A DNA stretch of 64,000 nt from an uncultured Desulfospira sp. (GTDB taxonomy: Bacteria; Desulfobacterota; Desulfobacteria; Desulfobacterales; Desulfobacteraceae): positions 2,592,001 to 2,656,000 of the forward strand of contig OY760175.1 of assembly GCA_963663165.1 (NCBI GenBank), given 5' to 3'. Positions 9,544 to 18,424 of the stretch are shown here, in pieces. The notes beneath the pieces were generated by a model. The model did no database searches, was not told the origin of the DNA, and saw only the letters and a program-made list of their open reading frames with translations. A program made the position numbers and the translations under genes. The number at the start of each line of letters is the position of its first letter. The first letter of the stretch is position 1.

Positions 9544-10737
9544 ATGGCATATCTGAGAAAATATCCGGATTTGTTTTTAACTCTCCTGTTCGCCGGGTTG
9601 TGCGGGGTTTTGTTTGCTTTGCCCACAGGGTTTGATGACCGCGTGTCAAAAGACTCGCTTTATGACCGGGCCGAGGTTACGGCGGTGGACAATTCAGATA
9701 TCATGGTCCATGCCATTATAAAAGCCGGAACCCAGGATCTCACCGTCCGGATGCTCACCGGCCCTTTCAAGGGAGAGCAGGCCATTGTGGTCAACAACCT
9801 GAAAGGGAAAATGGAGCTGGATGAAATCTTTACAAAGGGGCAGGTCATCCTGGTGGAGTATTCGGTTGCCAACGGAAAAATCAAAGCGGCATACAGCCGG
9901 GGCCATTACCGCATCAGCCATGAGCTGTGGCTGTTGGGGCTGTTTGCCCTGCTGCTGATGGCCGTGGGCGGCTGGACCGGGATCAAGGCCCTGCTCTCTT
10001 TTGCATTGGCAGGGCTCATGCTCTGGAAGGTCATGGTTCCCTTGTTTCTTAAAGGGTATGACCCAATCCCCATTGCCCTGGCCGTGGTGGCCTTTTTAAC
10101 CCTTGCCATCAGTTTTCTGGTGGGCGGGGCCACCAAACGGGGGGTGGTCACCTTTCTCGGGGCTTTTCTGGGGCTGGTGTTTACCTGTGTCCTGGCCCTT
10201 TATTTTAATGAGAGCTTCAGGATCCACGGGGCGGTCCGCCCCTTTGCCGAAACCCTTATCTATTCGGGCTATTATGATCTGAGGATCACCCGGATCTTCC
10301 TTGCCGGCATTTTTATCGCTTCATCCGGGGCGGTCATGGACCTTGCCATGGACATTGCCGCGTCCATGGATGAAGTCAAAAAGAACAACCCGGACATCGC
10401 TTTAAAAGACCATATCCGGTCGGGAATGTCCGTGGGCAGGGCCGTGATCGGTACCATGACCACCACCCTGCTGCTGGCTTACTCAGGCGGATACATGACC
10501 ATGATGATGCTGTTCATGGCCCAGGGGGTTCCCCTGATCAACTTTTTTAACATTAACTATGTGGCGGCTGAAGTTCTCAACACCCTTGTGGGAAGCTTTG
10601 GCCTTGTAACCGTAGCACCGTTCACGGCGGCTGTGGGAGGTCTGATCTACCGGTTCCGGCCGGATCAGGCATTAAGCACAGACAGTGCCGCTGAATCCGG
10701 GACAGGCAAAAAACGGCTGACCCCGGAGACAAATTAA
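9544..10737 (+). CDS. YibE/F family membrane protein
   Basis: Multi-TM protein with GIFIASSGAVMDLAMDIAAS and GRAVIGTMTTTLLLAYSG motifs. Confidence 0.88.
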   Translation: MAYLRKYPDLFLTLLFAGLCGVLFALPTGFDDRVSKDSLYDRAEVTAVDNSDIMVHAIIKAGTQDLTVRMLTGPFKGEQAIVVNNLKGKMELDEIFTKGQVILVEYSVANGKIKAAYSRGHYRISHELWLLGLFALLLMAVGGWTGIKALLSFALAGLMLWKVMVPLFLKGYDPIPIALAVVAFLTLAISFLVGGATKRGVVTFLGAFLGLVFTCVLALYFNESFRIHGAVRPFAETLIYSGYYDLRITRIFLAGIFIASSGAVMDLAMDIAASMDEVKKNNPDIALKDHIRSGMSVGRAVIGTMTTTLLLAYSGGYMTMMMLFMAQGVPLINFFNINYVAAEVLNTLVGSFGLVTVAPFTAAVGGLIYRFRPDQALSTDSAAESGTGKKRLTPETN

Positions 10738-10774
10738 ATATTGAGAATCATTTATTAAGTAAAGGAATACAAAA

Positions 10775-11485
10775 ATGAAACAGATGAAGTTAACAATTAT
10801 TGCATTATTTTCCGCGCTGCTGGTTGTATGTGCGTCTTCCAGCGCTTTTGCAGCCACCTATGGTCAGGCTGCTGCTGTTATGTATTATGATACCCTTTCA
10901 ATTTCATTTGACGGACTTACCCCCGCACTGACTACTTATGCCGACTATAATGGAACCGAAGACACCCCTGCCGGCACGGAAGCGCTGGTTGAGACTGACA
11001 ACGGCTGGGGCTGGGCTGAGGTGGATGTCACAGACAGTGAAAAAGACCTTTATGCCGATGCCTATGTCGACAGCCCTGCTTCCTATGAATATGCCTATGC
11101 CAATGCTGAGTTAAGCGCATCTTTTACGGCTGAAGAAGCCGGCAGTGTAACCGTATCCATAGATTACTACCTGTATATTGACGGTACCAGTGACGCCGCC
11201 AGCAGCGCTTGGGCCTATGCGGAAGCCCTGGCTTACCTGTCCATTAACGATGAAGAGGTGACAGACATCTTTGGGGATGACGTCATTTTTTATAACGGGA
11301 TTAGCTATGAGGGCGACACACCCGTTTATACCTTAACCCTTACCTATAAATATGACGCCAATGACACCGTTAATATCCTTGCCGGTGTCAGTGCCTATGC
11401 TGAAGCCGCTGTACCCGTACCCGGTGCCGGACTTCTCCTGAGCGCCGGCCTGATCGCTCTGGCGGGGATCAGAAGAAAAAACTAA
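10775..11485 (+). CDS. Acidic surface protein with VPLPA/PEP-CTERM-type exosortase sorting signal
   Basis: N-terminal signal peptide; C-terminus AAVPVPGAGLLLSAGLIALAGIRRKN (VPxP motif, TM helix, basic tail). Confidence 0.85.
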   Translation: MKQMKLTIIALFSALLVVCASSSAFAATYGQAAAVMYYDTLSISFDGLTPALTTYADYNGTEDTPAGTEALVETDNGWGWAEVDVTDSEKDLYADAYVDSPASYEYAYANAELSASFTAEEAGSVTVSIDYYLYIDGTSDAASSAWAYAEALAYLSINDEEVTDIFGDDVIFYNGISYEGDTPVYTLTLTYKYDANDTVNILAGVSAYAEAAVPVPGAGLLLSAGLIALAGIRRKN

Positions 11486-11506
11486 TCTGAACGGCCATTA
11501 ATAAAC

Positions 11507-11540
11507 AAAAGGACGGCTCCTTGGGGGGCCGCCCTTTTTT
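11507..11540 (+). terminator. Intrinsic terminator
   Basis: aaaaggacggctcc-ttg-gggggccgccc-tttttt hairpin with U-tract. Confidence 0.75.
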
Positions 11541-11541
11541 A

Positions 11542-11651
11542 ATTGGGATATGGGATATGGGACTTGGGATATGGGATATGGGGTATGGGATATGGAATCT
11601 CGGCCCCAAGTCCCAGGTCCCAGGTCCCAAGCCCAAGTCCCAAGTCCCAAG
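11542..11651. repeat. Head-to-head heptamer arrays (8x TATGGGA-like followed by 7x TCCCAAG-like) forming a long imperfect palindrome
   Basis: attggga tatggga tatggga cttggga ... ccccaag tcccagg tcccagg tcccaag, between convergent genes. Confidence 0.9.
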
Positions 11652-11659
11652 TCTAACAT

Positions 11660-13267
11660 CTACATATCCACCTGCCCGGGCGTCAGATACTCCTTAGCAT
11701 AAGGGGCAAACAGCCGCTTTTCCCTGAACAATTGGACAATATCTTTATCAATGTGGCCCTCTTTTTCCATCTGATCCAGAATTTCAAGGGCCTTTGACAG
11801 GGGCATGGGGTGTTTGTAAGGCCGGTCTGCGGCGGTCAGGGCTTCAAATATGTCGGCAATGGCCATGATCCTTGTGGCCAGGTCCAGCTGGGCGGCGTCT
11901 TTTCCGTCGGGATAGCCTGATCCGTCCAGCTTTTCGTGATGGGATGCGGCAATTTGTGGGACCTTTTGAAGGTTTTTGGGAAAGGGCAGTTCCTGTAGAA
12001 TTTTCCGGGTGGCCACCACGTGGTTTTCTATGATTTTGCGTTCAGCCGGGGTGAGGTTGCCTTTTCTAACGCTCAGATGGTCCAGCTCACCGGCGGTGAG
12101 AAAGGGGACATGGTCCGGAAATAACCGGCGTTGGGCAATGTCGTTGAGGCGCTGGAGCTGATGGTCCTCCAGAAAGGATTTGCCCTCATTGCACTGAAGG
12201 ATAAAAGCAAGGTCTGATTCAAGTTGTCTTTTTTCATTTCCAAGCTCATCTTCAAGCTGTGTCATGGAGAAATTAACAGGGTCCTGATTTTGCTCTAACA
12301 GGGCTATTTTTTTCTTTAAAAATAAATTTTCCAGTTCCTGGGCGATCAGTTTAAACCGAAGCCGGATCTCTGCGGCCCCGTCCCGGATGGCCTCAAGCTT
12401 TGTCTGTTTGTTGATCACGTGTTCCGGGGTGGTGATTTTGCCCACATCATGCATCCAGGCCGCAATTTTCAGTTCTTCAAGTTCCTCGTCGGTGAACTGT
12501 TTGCCGGCAAGGGGACCGTCCTCCTGGTCATTGATGCCTTTGGCCACCAGAAGGGAGAGTTCCACCACCCGCTTGATGTGGCCGCCGGTGTAAGCGGATT
12601 TCTCATCCACGGCTGCGGCAATGCTCTTGATAAACGAATACAACAGGTCTTTTAACCCGGCAATCAGCTGCCGGTTGTTCAGGGCCGACCCGGCAAGGGA
12701 GGCTAAGGCACAGGCTATGCTGACCGCTTCATCGTCAAAGGGAACCACCTTAAAGGTATCCTGGCTGATGGCATTGAGCAGCTGAAGGACCCCTAAAATT
12801 TCCCCTTCATGGTTGTGCATGGGGATGACCAGCATGGAGACCGACCGGTAACCGGTTTTTTCATCATAGGCCCTGGGGCCGGAAAAATTAAACCGGGTGG
12901 AGTTATAAATATCATTAATCCTGAAGGTCTTGCCGGTCAGGGCGGCACAAGAGGAGATATTGGACATATTGGGCTCCCCTTTGGGCGTATACAGGGGAAC
13001 CGAAGGGAAATTGCCCTTGTCTTTGCCGGTACCGGTTTCTATTCCCATACTCCGGTTCCTGACAATGGCAAAATCCAGATGGCTCCCTTTTTCATTAATA
13101 ATATAAAGGGTGCCGGCATCGGCCGTACTGATCCTTAAGGCCTCGTCAAGAATCATCTCAAGAAGCCGGTTAATATCATCTTCCGCTGTCAGGGCCACGG
13201 CAATGTCGATGATATTCTTTGCCGGCATCAGCAGGTGGCTGTACGGATTTTTGTAGGCTTCGGACAT
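11660..13267 (-). CDS. GAF + HD-GYP domain cyclic-di-GMP phosphodiesterase
   Basis: GAF (ADAGTLY..SMLVIPM..GVLQLLN); YTGGHIKRV, HDVGKI, HHEKLDGSGYP, IADIFEALTA.DRPYK. Confidence 0.9.
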   Translation of the reverse strand: MSEAYKNPYSHLLMPAKNIIDIAVALTAEDDINRLLEMILDEALRISTADAGTLYIINEKGSHLDFAIVRNRSMGIETGTGKDKGNFPSVPLYTPKGEPNMSNISSCAALTGKTFRINDIYNSTRFNFSGPRAYDEKTGYRSVSMLVIPMHNHEGEILGVLQLLNAISQDTFKVVPFDDEAVSIACALASLAGSALNNRQLIAGLKDLLYSFIKSIAAAVDEKSAYTGGHIKRVVELSLLVAKGINDQEDGPLAGKQFTDEELEELKIAAWMHDVGKITTPEHVINKQTKLEAIRDGAAEIRLRFKLIAQELENLFLKKKIALLEQNQDPVNFSMTQLEDELGNEKRQLESDLAFILQCNEGKSFLEDHQLQRLNDIAQRRLFPDHVPFLTAGELDHLSVRKGNLTPAERKIIENHVVATRKILQELPFPKNLQKVPQIAASHHEKLDGSGYPDGKDAAQLDLATRIMAIADIFEALTAADRPYKHPMPLSKALEILDQMEKEGHIDKDIVQLFREKRLFAPYAKEYLTPGQVDM

Positions 13268-13437
13268 GGAAAACCGCCTTATCCGGGTTGTTGGTCTTCA
13301 GTGTCGGTCAAGGATTAATTATTACATCATATTTTTATAGATACCATTAAACAGATACCCGTAGCAAGCAGCTTAATTGCCACTTCAGGGCGATCACATG
13401 TAAAAATCAAGTTCCATCTTCAATATAATGGAGGGAT

Positions 13438-13501
13438 TTAGGCTGAAGGCTGAAGGGGTTTAGGGCAGTGCATCCCTTCAGCCTAACCACCTTCAGCCTA
13501 A
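13438..13501. repeat. Short inverted/tandem repeat cluster (TTAGGCTGAAGG / CCTTCAGCCTAA x2)
   Basis: ttaggctgaaggctgaagggg ... ccttcagcctaa ccaccttcagcctaa. Confidence 0.75.
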
Positions 13502-13532
13502 TGACCTTCTTTATCATCATCCATACTCATAT

Positions 13533-13656
13533 CAATGCCATTAACTTAAGAAATTTGGCATAGCGCGCAGGGGTTATAAAATGGGCGCCAACGGCGCTTC
13601 ACCCTCTTGTCTCTTGTTTCTAGTTTCTTGTATTAACGCTTAAATTAATGACATTG
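13533..13656. mobile_element. 124-bp MITE with IS4-family-like ends
   Basis: TIRs caatgccattaacttaag (13533-13550) and cttaaattaatgacattg (13639-13656), 16/18 match; perfect 10-bp flanking direct repeat atactcatat (13523-13532 and 13657-13666). Confidence 0.85.
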
Positions 13657-13720
13657 ATACTCATATATTAAACAGCCGGCAGACCACATGCGATTGCCCT
13701 GCAAGCAGCATAATTGCCCC

Positions 13721-13771
13721 TTGACCGAATTATATTTTTTTGTTAACTGTACCGCTTAATGAAAGTTAACC
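13721..13771 (+). promoter_or_regulatory. sigma70-type promoter and BirA operator overlapping the birA start codon
   Basis: TTGACC at 13721; TGTTAAC-N17-GTTAACC (13741-13771) resembles the BirA palindrome TGTnAAC-N17/18-GTTnACA; directly upstream of birA-bioY. Confidence 0.7.
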
Positions 13772-14709
13772 AGACAGCCGACAACCGGCAGACCATTCTC
13801 AAGCTGCTGTACCAGTCTCCCGAAGCCCCGGTTTCCGGTGTTGACATCAGCCGGGCCATGGGCATTTCACGGGTGGCGGTCTGGAAACACATCCAGGCGT
13901 TAAGAGAGGCTGGGATGGACATTGAATCCCACCCCACCGGGTATGAACTAAAAGACCCCGGAAATCTGCTCTATCCGTTCTGTTTTCCGGAACAATTGCA
14001 GGAAAAAATTTTTTATTTTCAGGAACTGTCCTCTACCATGGACCAGGCCAGGGCCGGGGCCAGGGAGGGGGCCGGTCACTTGAGCTGTGTCATTGCCGAA
14101 CACCAGACCCGGTCCCGGGGACGGCTGAACAGGGAATGGATCTCATTTGAGGGGGGCCTGTGGGTGACCCTGATCCTGAAACCGGACCTGCCCCCGCCCC
14201 TGGCCTGGACATTCAACTTTGCCGCATCCAGCTGCCTGTCTGAAGTATTGACCCGGTTATTTGATCTGGATGTTCGTGTCAAATGGCCCAATGACCTGCT
14301 CCTTGGGGGGAAGAAACTGGCCGGCCTGCTCTCGGAAATGGAAACCCGGGCCGACATGGTCAACTTTCTGCTTCTGGGCATCGGGCTCAATGTCAACAAT
14401 GCCCCTGAATCAGACCATTTTCAGGCCATTTCCCTGAAAAAAGCCCTGGGAAGACCTGTATCCAGGAAAACCATTCTGGCTGAATTTTTACAGCTGTTTG
14501 AATCCCGGACACAGGCCATTGATCCGTCTCAGATCATCTGCCAATGGAAAGAACAGACATCCACCATCGGCTCCCGGGTAAGGGTTCAAACCCATGACCA
14601 GACCTTTGAAGGCCTTGCCGTAGATGTGGACGACACCGGGGCATTGATCATCAAAGATAACGAAAACCAATTTCAAAAAATTATTTATGGAGACTGCTTC
14701 CATGCCTGA
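13759..14709 (+). CDS. birA: Bifunctional biotin ligase/repressor BirA
   Basis: N-terminal HTH (SGVDISRAMGISRVAVWKHI), SSTM, EHQTRSRGRLNREW, KWPND, KKLAGLL, GIGLNVN. Confidence 0.95.
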   Translation: MKVNQTADNRQTILKLLYQSPEAPVSGVDISRAMGISRVAVWKHIQALREAGMDIESHPTGYELKDPGNLLYPFCFPEQLQEKIFYFQELSSTMDQARAGAREGAGHLSCVIAEHQTRSRGRLNREWISFEGGLWVTLILKPDLPPPLAWTFNFAASSCLSEVLTRLFDLDVRVKWPNDLLLGGKKLAGLLSEMETRADMVNFLLLGIGLNVNNAPESDHFQAISLKKALGRPVSRKTILAEFLQLFESRTQAIDPSQIICQWKEQTSTIGSRVRVQTHDQTFEGLAVDVDDTGALIIKDNENQFQKIIYGDCFHA

Positions 14710-15244
14710 AAGAACGGCCACTTACGCCCCGGTCAAACCGGTTGTATACGCTGCCTTATTTATCGCCCTGATCAGTGTCGGGGCCTTTATGGCCATCCCT
14801 GTAGGGCCGGTTCCCATTGCCCTTCAAAGCCTGTTTGTACTGCTTGCCGGCCTGCTCCTGGCCCCGTCATGGGCGGTGGGGTGTGTGGCGGTCTATCTGC
14901 TCATGGGGCTGGCCGGACTGCCTGTATTTGCCGGCGGAACCTCGGGAATCGGCAGGTTGTTCGGCCCTACCGGCGGATATCTTTTGGGATACCTGCCGGC
15001 TGTTTTTATAACGTCACTGTTATCCAAAGGGGACCATAACCGCCCGGTCAACGATTTAGGGGCCATGATTGCCGGGACATTCATGATTTATGCCATCGGG
15101 GTTCCCTGGCTGAAACTGGTCCTGGCCGTCTCCTGGGGCAAGGCCTTAGGGCTTGGGATGATTCCTTTTCTGCCCGGGGACGGACTTAAAATTGCTGCAG
15201 GCATGTTTATTGTCCTGAAGCTTCGCCCCATGATCCGGCTGTAA
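14702..15244 (+). CDS. bioY: Biotin ECF transporter S component BioY
   Basis: PVPIALQ, GLAGLPVFAGG, GPTGGYLLGY, PFLPGD. Confidence 0.93.
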   Translation: MPERTATYAPVKPVVYAALFIALISVGAFMAIPVGPVPIALQSLFVLLAGLLLAPSWAVGCVAVYLLMGLAGLPVFAGGTSGIGRLFGPTGGYLLGYLPAVFITSLLSKGDHNRPVNDLGAMIAGTFMIYAIGVPWLKLVLAVSWGKALGLGMIPFLPGDGLKIAAGMFIVLKLRPMIRL

Positions 15245-15289
15245 CCGTTAAGGCTAACCGCTAACGGCTAAGAGCTAACCGCTAAAAAC
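15242..15289. repeat. Heptamer array (TAACCGC-like) in the bioY-ecfA spacer
   Basis: taaccgt taaggc taaccgc taacggc taagagc taaccgc taaaaac. Confidence 0.7.
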
Positions 15290-15291
15290 CC

Positions 15292-16032
15292 ATGCCCAAG
15301 CCATTACTGAGCATAGAAAATCTCACCCGGACCTTTGACCAGGGCAGCGGTATATTCAATGTCTCCTTAGATATTTTTCCCAATGATTTTATCATCCTGG
15401 CCGGCCGGAACGGGTCGGGCAAAACTACTTTGATCCGCCATTTCAACGGCCTGCTCAAGGCAGATACCGGGCAGGTCCGGTTCAACGGGCAGGATATCTT
15501 TGATGACCTGATCCTGGCCCGCAAAAAAATCGGCATGGTGTTTCAGGATCCGGATACCCAGATCATCGGGGATACCGTGTTTGACGAAACTGCCTTTGGG
15601 CTGGAAAATTTAAAAACCGCCCCGGACCGCATCCAGGCCAAGGTCACCCAGGCCCTGGACCGGCTCGGCCTGCTCCATTTAAAGGACCGGAACCCGTCCA
15701 CCCTTTCGGGGGGGGAAAAACGGCGGCTGGCCATTGCCGGCATCCTGGTCATGGAGCCGGATCTTATTGTGTTTGACGAACCCTTTGCCAACCTTGATTA
15801 CCCGGCCACCCTGGCCCTATCCGAGCTCTGCAGGGATCTGAACCGGGCCGGCCACGCCATTGTCATGGCCACCCATGATGTAGACCCGGTCATGACCATG
15901 GCCACAAGAACCATTATCATGGGAAAGGGCCAAATTGTGGCAGACGGCCAGACCGGATCACTGGTGGACCAGCTGGAATCCTGGGGAATAAAAAATCCTT
16001 TCAAGCCCATGGCCCTGGAATGCCGGCCATGA
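15292..16032 (+). CDS. ECF transporter ATPase (BioM/EcfA type)
   Basis: GRNGSGKT Walker A, VFQDPDTQ, LSGGEKRR, DEPFANLD. Confidence 0.92.
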   Translation: MPKPLLSIENLTRTFDQGSGIFNVSLDIFPNDFIILAGRNGSGKTTLIRHFNGLLKADTGQVRFNGQDIFDDLILARKKIGMVFQDPDTQIIGDTVFDETAFGLENLKTAPDRIQAKVTQALDRLGLLHLKDRNPSTLSGGEKRRLAIAGILVMEPDLIVFDEPFANLDYPATLALSELCRDLNRAGHAIVMATHDVDPVMTMATRTIIMGKGQIVADGQTGSLVDQLESWGIKNPFKPMALECRP

Positions 16033-16793
16033 CCCTTTTTGCCTATACCCCGGGACAGACCCTGTGCCACACCCTGGACGTCCGGTGCAAATGTGCCCTG
16101 GTCTGTCTGGTAAGCCTGACCCTGCTTAAGGCGCACCTTTGGGGCAACCTGGTCTGCCTGCTGGTTCTGATCGGTTTGCTTGACCGGCTCGGCCTGGGTC
16201 CTGCCAGGCTTGCCGGTCAACTGAAGTGGTTTCTTTTATTTCTGGCATTGATCGTTTTGTCCCGGTGGCTGGCCCTTCCCAAAGACCCCATGGTTTCGGT
16301 GTTCAACATCACCGGAACGGTTCAGGGCCTGATATCGGGCATGCTCATGGCCTTGCGCTTCTTGTCCATCATGCTCATGGGACTGGTTCTGACCGCCACC
16401 ACCCGGGCCATGGAAATCAAGGCCGCAGCCCAGTGGTTTTTAAAGCCGGTTCCCCTTGTCCCGGAAAAACGGGTCGCCGTCATGATCGGCCTTTCCTTAA
16501 GGTTTATCCCGCTGATCCTGAATCAGGCGGCGGAGGTTTCCCATGCTGTCAATTCCCGGTGCGGACACTTAAGAAAAAATCCGGCCCGCCGGATTTTTCT
16601 ATTTTCCTGGCCTTTGCTGAAAAAAACATTCCAGTCCGCCGAAAACATCAGCCTTGCCATGGATGCCCGGTGTTTCTGCGATGACCGGACAGATCCACAG
16701 TTCTGTCAGAACGGGAAAGAGGGCCTTGTGCTGGGGGCCGCCCTTGTGTTCTGTGCGGGGATTCTGCTGCTCAAAGACTTTACCGGGTGCTGA
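16029..16793 (+). CDS. ECF transporter T component (BioN/EcfT type)
   Basis: LDVRCK, LSLRFIP, xRx motifs (NSRC, MDARC); ATGA overlap with the ATPase gene. Confidence 0.88.
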   Translation: MTLFAYTPGQTLCHTLDVRCKCALVCLVSLTLLKAHLWGNLVCLLVLIGLLDRLGLGPARLAGQLKWFLLFLALIVLSRWLALPKDPMVSVFNITGTVQGLISGMLMALRFLSIMLMGLVLTATTRAMEIKAAAQWFLKPVPLVPEKRVAVMIGLSLRFIPLILNQAAEVSHAVNSRCGHLRKNPARRIFLFSWPLLKKTFQSAENISLAMDARCFCDDRTDPQFCQNGKEGLVLGAALVFCAGILLLKDFTGC

Positions 16794-16815
16794 CCCTCTT
16801 GCCCGCCACTGAGGT

Positions 16816-17355
16816 TCAGGCCGTCTCCCGGCCCCCGCACCGGTCATAAAACACCTTGTCATAGGGAAGGGATGCCTTTGAATGGCCTGCCTTTCTTTCA
16901 TCGGGATATCCAATGGCGATGATGGATGCCACGCTCCAGGTATCCGGTATTTCCAAAAGATCCTTAATGTAATCATCGGCTGATTTGAGTTCATCGTGCA
17001 TGCGCTTGCGGACCTGGCTCCAGCAGGACCCTAAGCCCAGATCTTCTGCGGCCAGCTGAATAAAAATAGCGGCAATGCTGGTATCTTCCACCCAGACATC
17101 ACTTTGGTCGGTATCGGCGCAGACCACCATGGCCAGGGGCGCTTTCCCAACAAAGGAGGCGCCGTGGGGCTTGGCCTTTGAGAGTTTTTCCAACAGGTCA
17201 GGATCTTCCACGATAATAAACCGCCAGGGGTTGATGCTGCGCGATGACGGGGACCGCAATGCCGCTTCAACAAGCTTTTCCCGAACTTCATGGGGTATTT
17301 TTTGGGATGTAAATTTCCGGATGCTTCGCCTTTTTTCAATCAGGTCAAAAAACAT
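16816..17355 (-). CDS. Nitroreductase family protein
   Basis: RRSIRKF, SPSSRSINPWRF, AEDLGLGSCW, IAIGYP. Confidence 0.9.
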   Translation of the reverse strand: MFFDLIEKRRSIRKFTSQKIPHEVREKLVEAALRSPSSRSINPWRFIIVEDPDLLEKLSKAKPHGASFVGKAPLAMVVCADTDQSDVWVEDTSIAAIFIQLAAEDLGLGSCWSQVRKRMHDELKSADDYIKDLLEIPDTWSVASIIAIGYPDERKAGHSKASLPYDKVFYDRCGGRETA

Positions 17356-17554
17356 GATGTTTGACTCCTTTTAAGTTGATATTTTAAATCAATGGTTGTT
17401 TTTTATAAAATAGACAGATAATGTCTACTTTAAATATGGTACGAACATATTTCTCCCATATAAACTAAAAATTCAACTTTATAGATGAAAAGGCTGTCAG
17501 GGCGATAAAGGCATTCCATGGTCTGATCTGAATGCCGCCGCTTGGAGAAAAAAA

Positions 17555-18418
17555 ATGAAAAAAGAATGGGGCTTGCCTTTCGGGTACCGGGCGTTTGCTT
17601 ATTTGCTGCCGGTTATCTGGCTGCTTTTCATTATTGAGCAGGGCATGGCCCAAGAAAAACGGGAATTATGGGTACACCCATACCTTCCGGCCACAGAAAT
17701 TATCAAAAAATTTTCTCCCCTGGCCGGTTATCTGAGCCAAAAAACCGGCCGGGCCATTCAGGTCAAGGTTTCCAAAACCTATCAGTCCCACATTGAAGCC
17801 GTTGGACAGGGCTGCATTGACATGGCTTATCTGGGCCCGGCCTCCTATGTCAAGCTTGTTCAAAATTACGGGAAACAACGGCTGCTGGCCTGCCTGGAAA
17901 TCAATGGGAAACCGTATTTTCACGGGATTATCGTGGCGAGAACAGATTCGCCCATCACCAGGCTTGAGCAGCTTGCCGGCAAACGGTTTGCTTTCAGTGA
18001 CCCCAATTCCACCATGGGCCACCTGGTTCCGCGATACATGTTATGGGAAAAAGGGGTTCCCATTGAGCAGCTAAACAAAGCCGACTTTTTAAATTCCCAC
18101 CACGATGTCGTTTTAGGGGTTTTGGGGGGATACTATGACGCCGGCGGTATAAAAGAAGAGGTATTTTACGAATACAAAGACCGGGGATTAAAACTGCTGG
18201 CCCAAAGCCCGCCCATTGCCGAACACCTCTTTGTGGCCGGTAAAAACCTTGAAATCTGTGCTGCTGAAGAAATTCGCGGGCTTCTGATCAACCTGAAGGA
18301 CAAACCGGTGCTGACCGCCATCAAACCAACGGTAACAGGGCTGGTCACCGTAACGGATGCCGACTATGCCACCCTGCGCCGGATCCTTGGGCAGTTCAAC
18401 AATCCCCCCCTGGAGTAA
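17555..18418 (+). CDS. PhnD/SsuA-type phosphate/phosphonate-binding periplasmic protein
   Basis: N-terminal TM/signal; DMAYLGPASYV, FAFSDPNSTMGHLVP, SHHDVV, DADY. Confidence 0.8.
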   Translation: MKKEWGLPFGYRAFAYLLPVIWLLFIIEQGMAQEKRELWVHPYLPATEIIKKFSPLAGYLSQKTGRAIQVKVSKTYQSHIEAVGQGCIDMAYLGPASYVKLVQNYGKQRLLACLEINGKPYFHGIIVARTDSPITRLEQLAGKRFAFSDPNSTMGHLVPRYMLWEKGVPIEQLNKADFLNSHHDVVLGVLGGYYDAGGIKEEVFYEYKDRGLKLLAQSPPIAEHLFVAGKNLEICAAEEIRGLLINLKDKPVLTAIKPTVTGLVTVTDADYATLRRILGQFNNPPLE

Positions 18419-18424
18419 ACCGCC

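Noticed and set aside
11542..11651. Repeat array as CRISPR
   Set aside because: 7-bp tandem units with no spacers; no cas genes in the window
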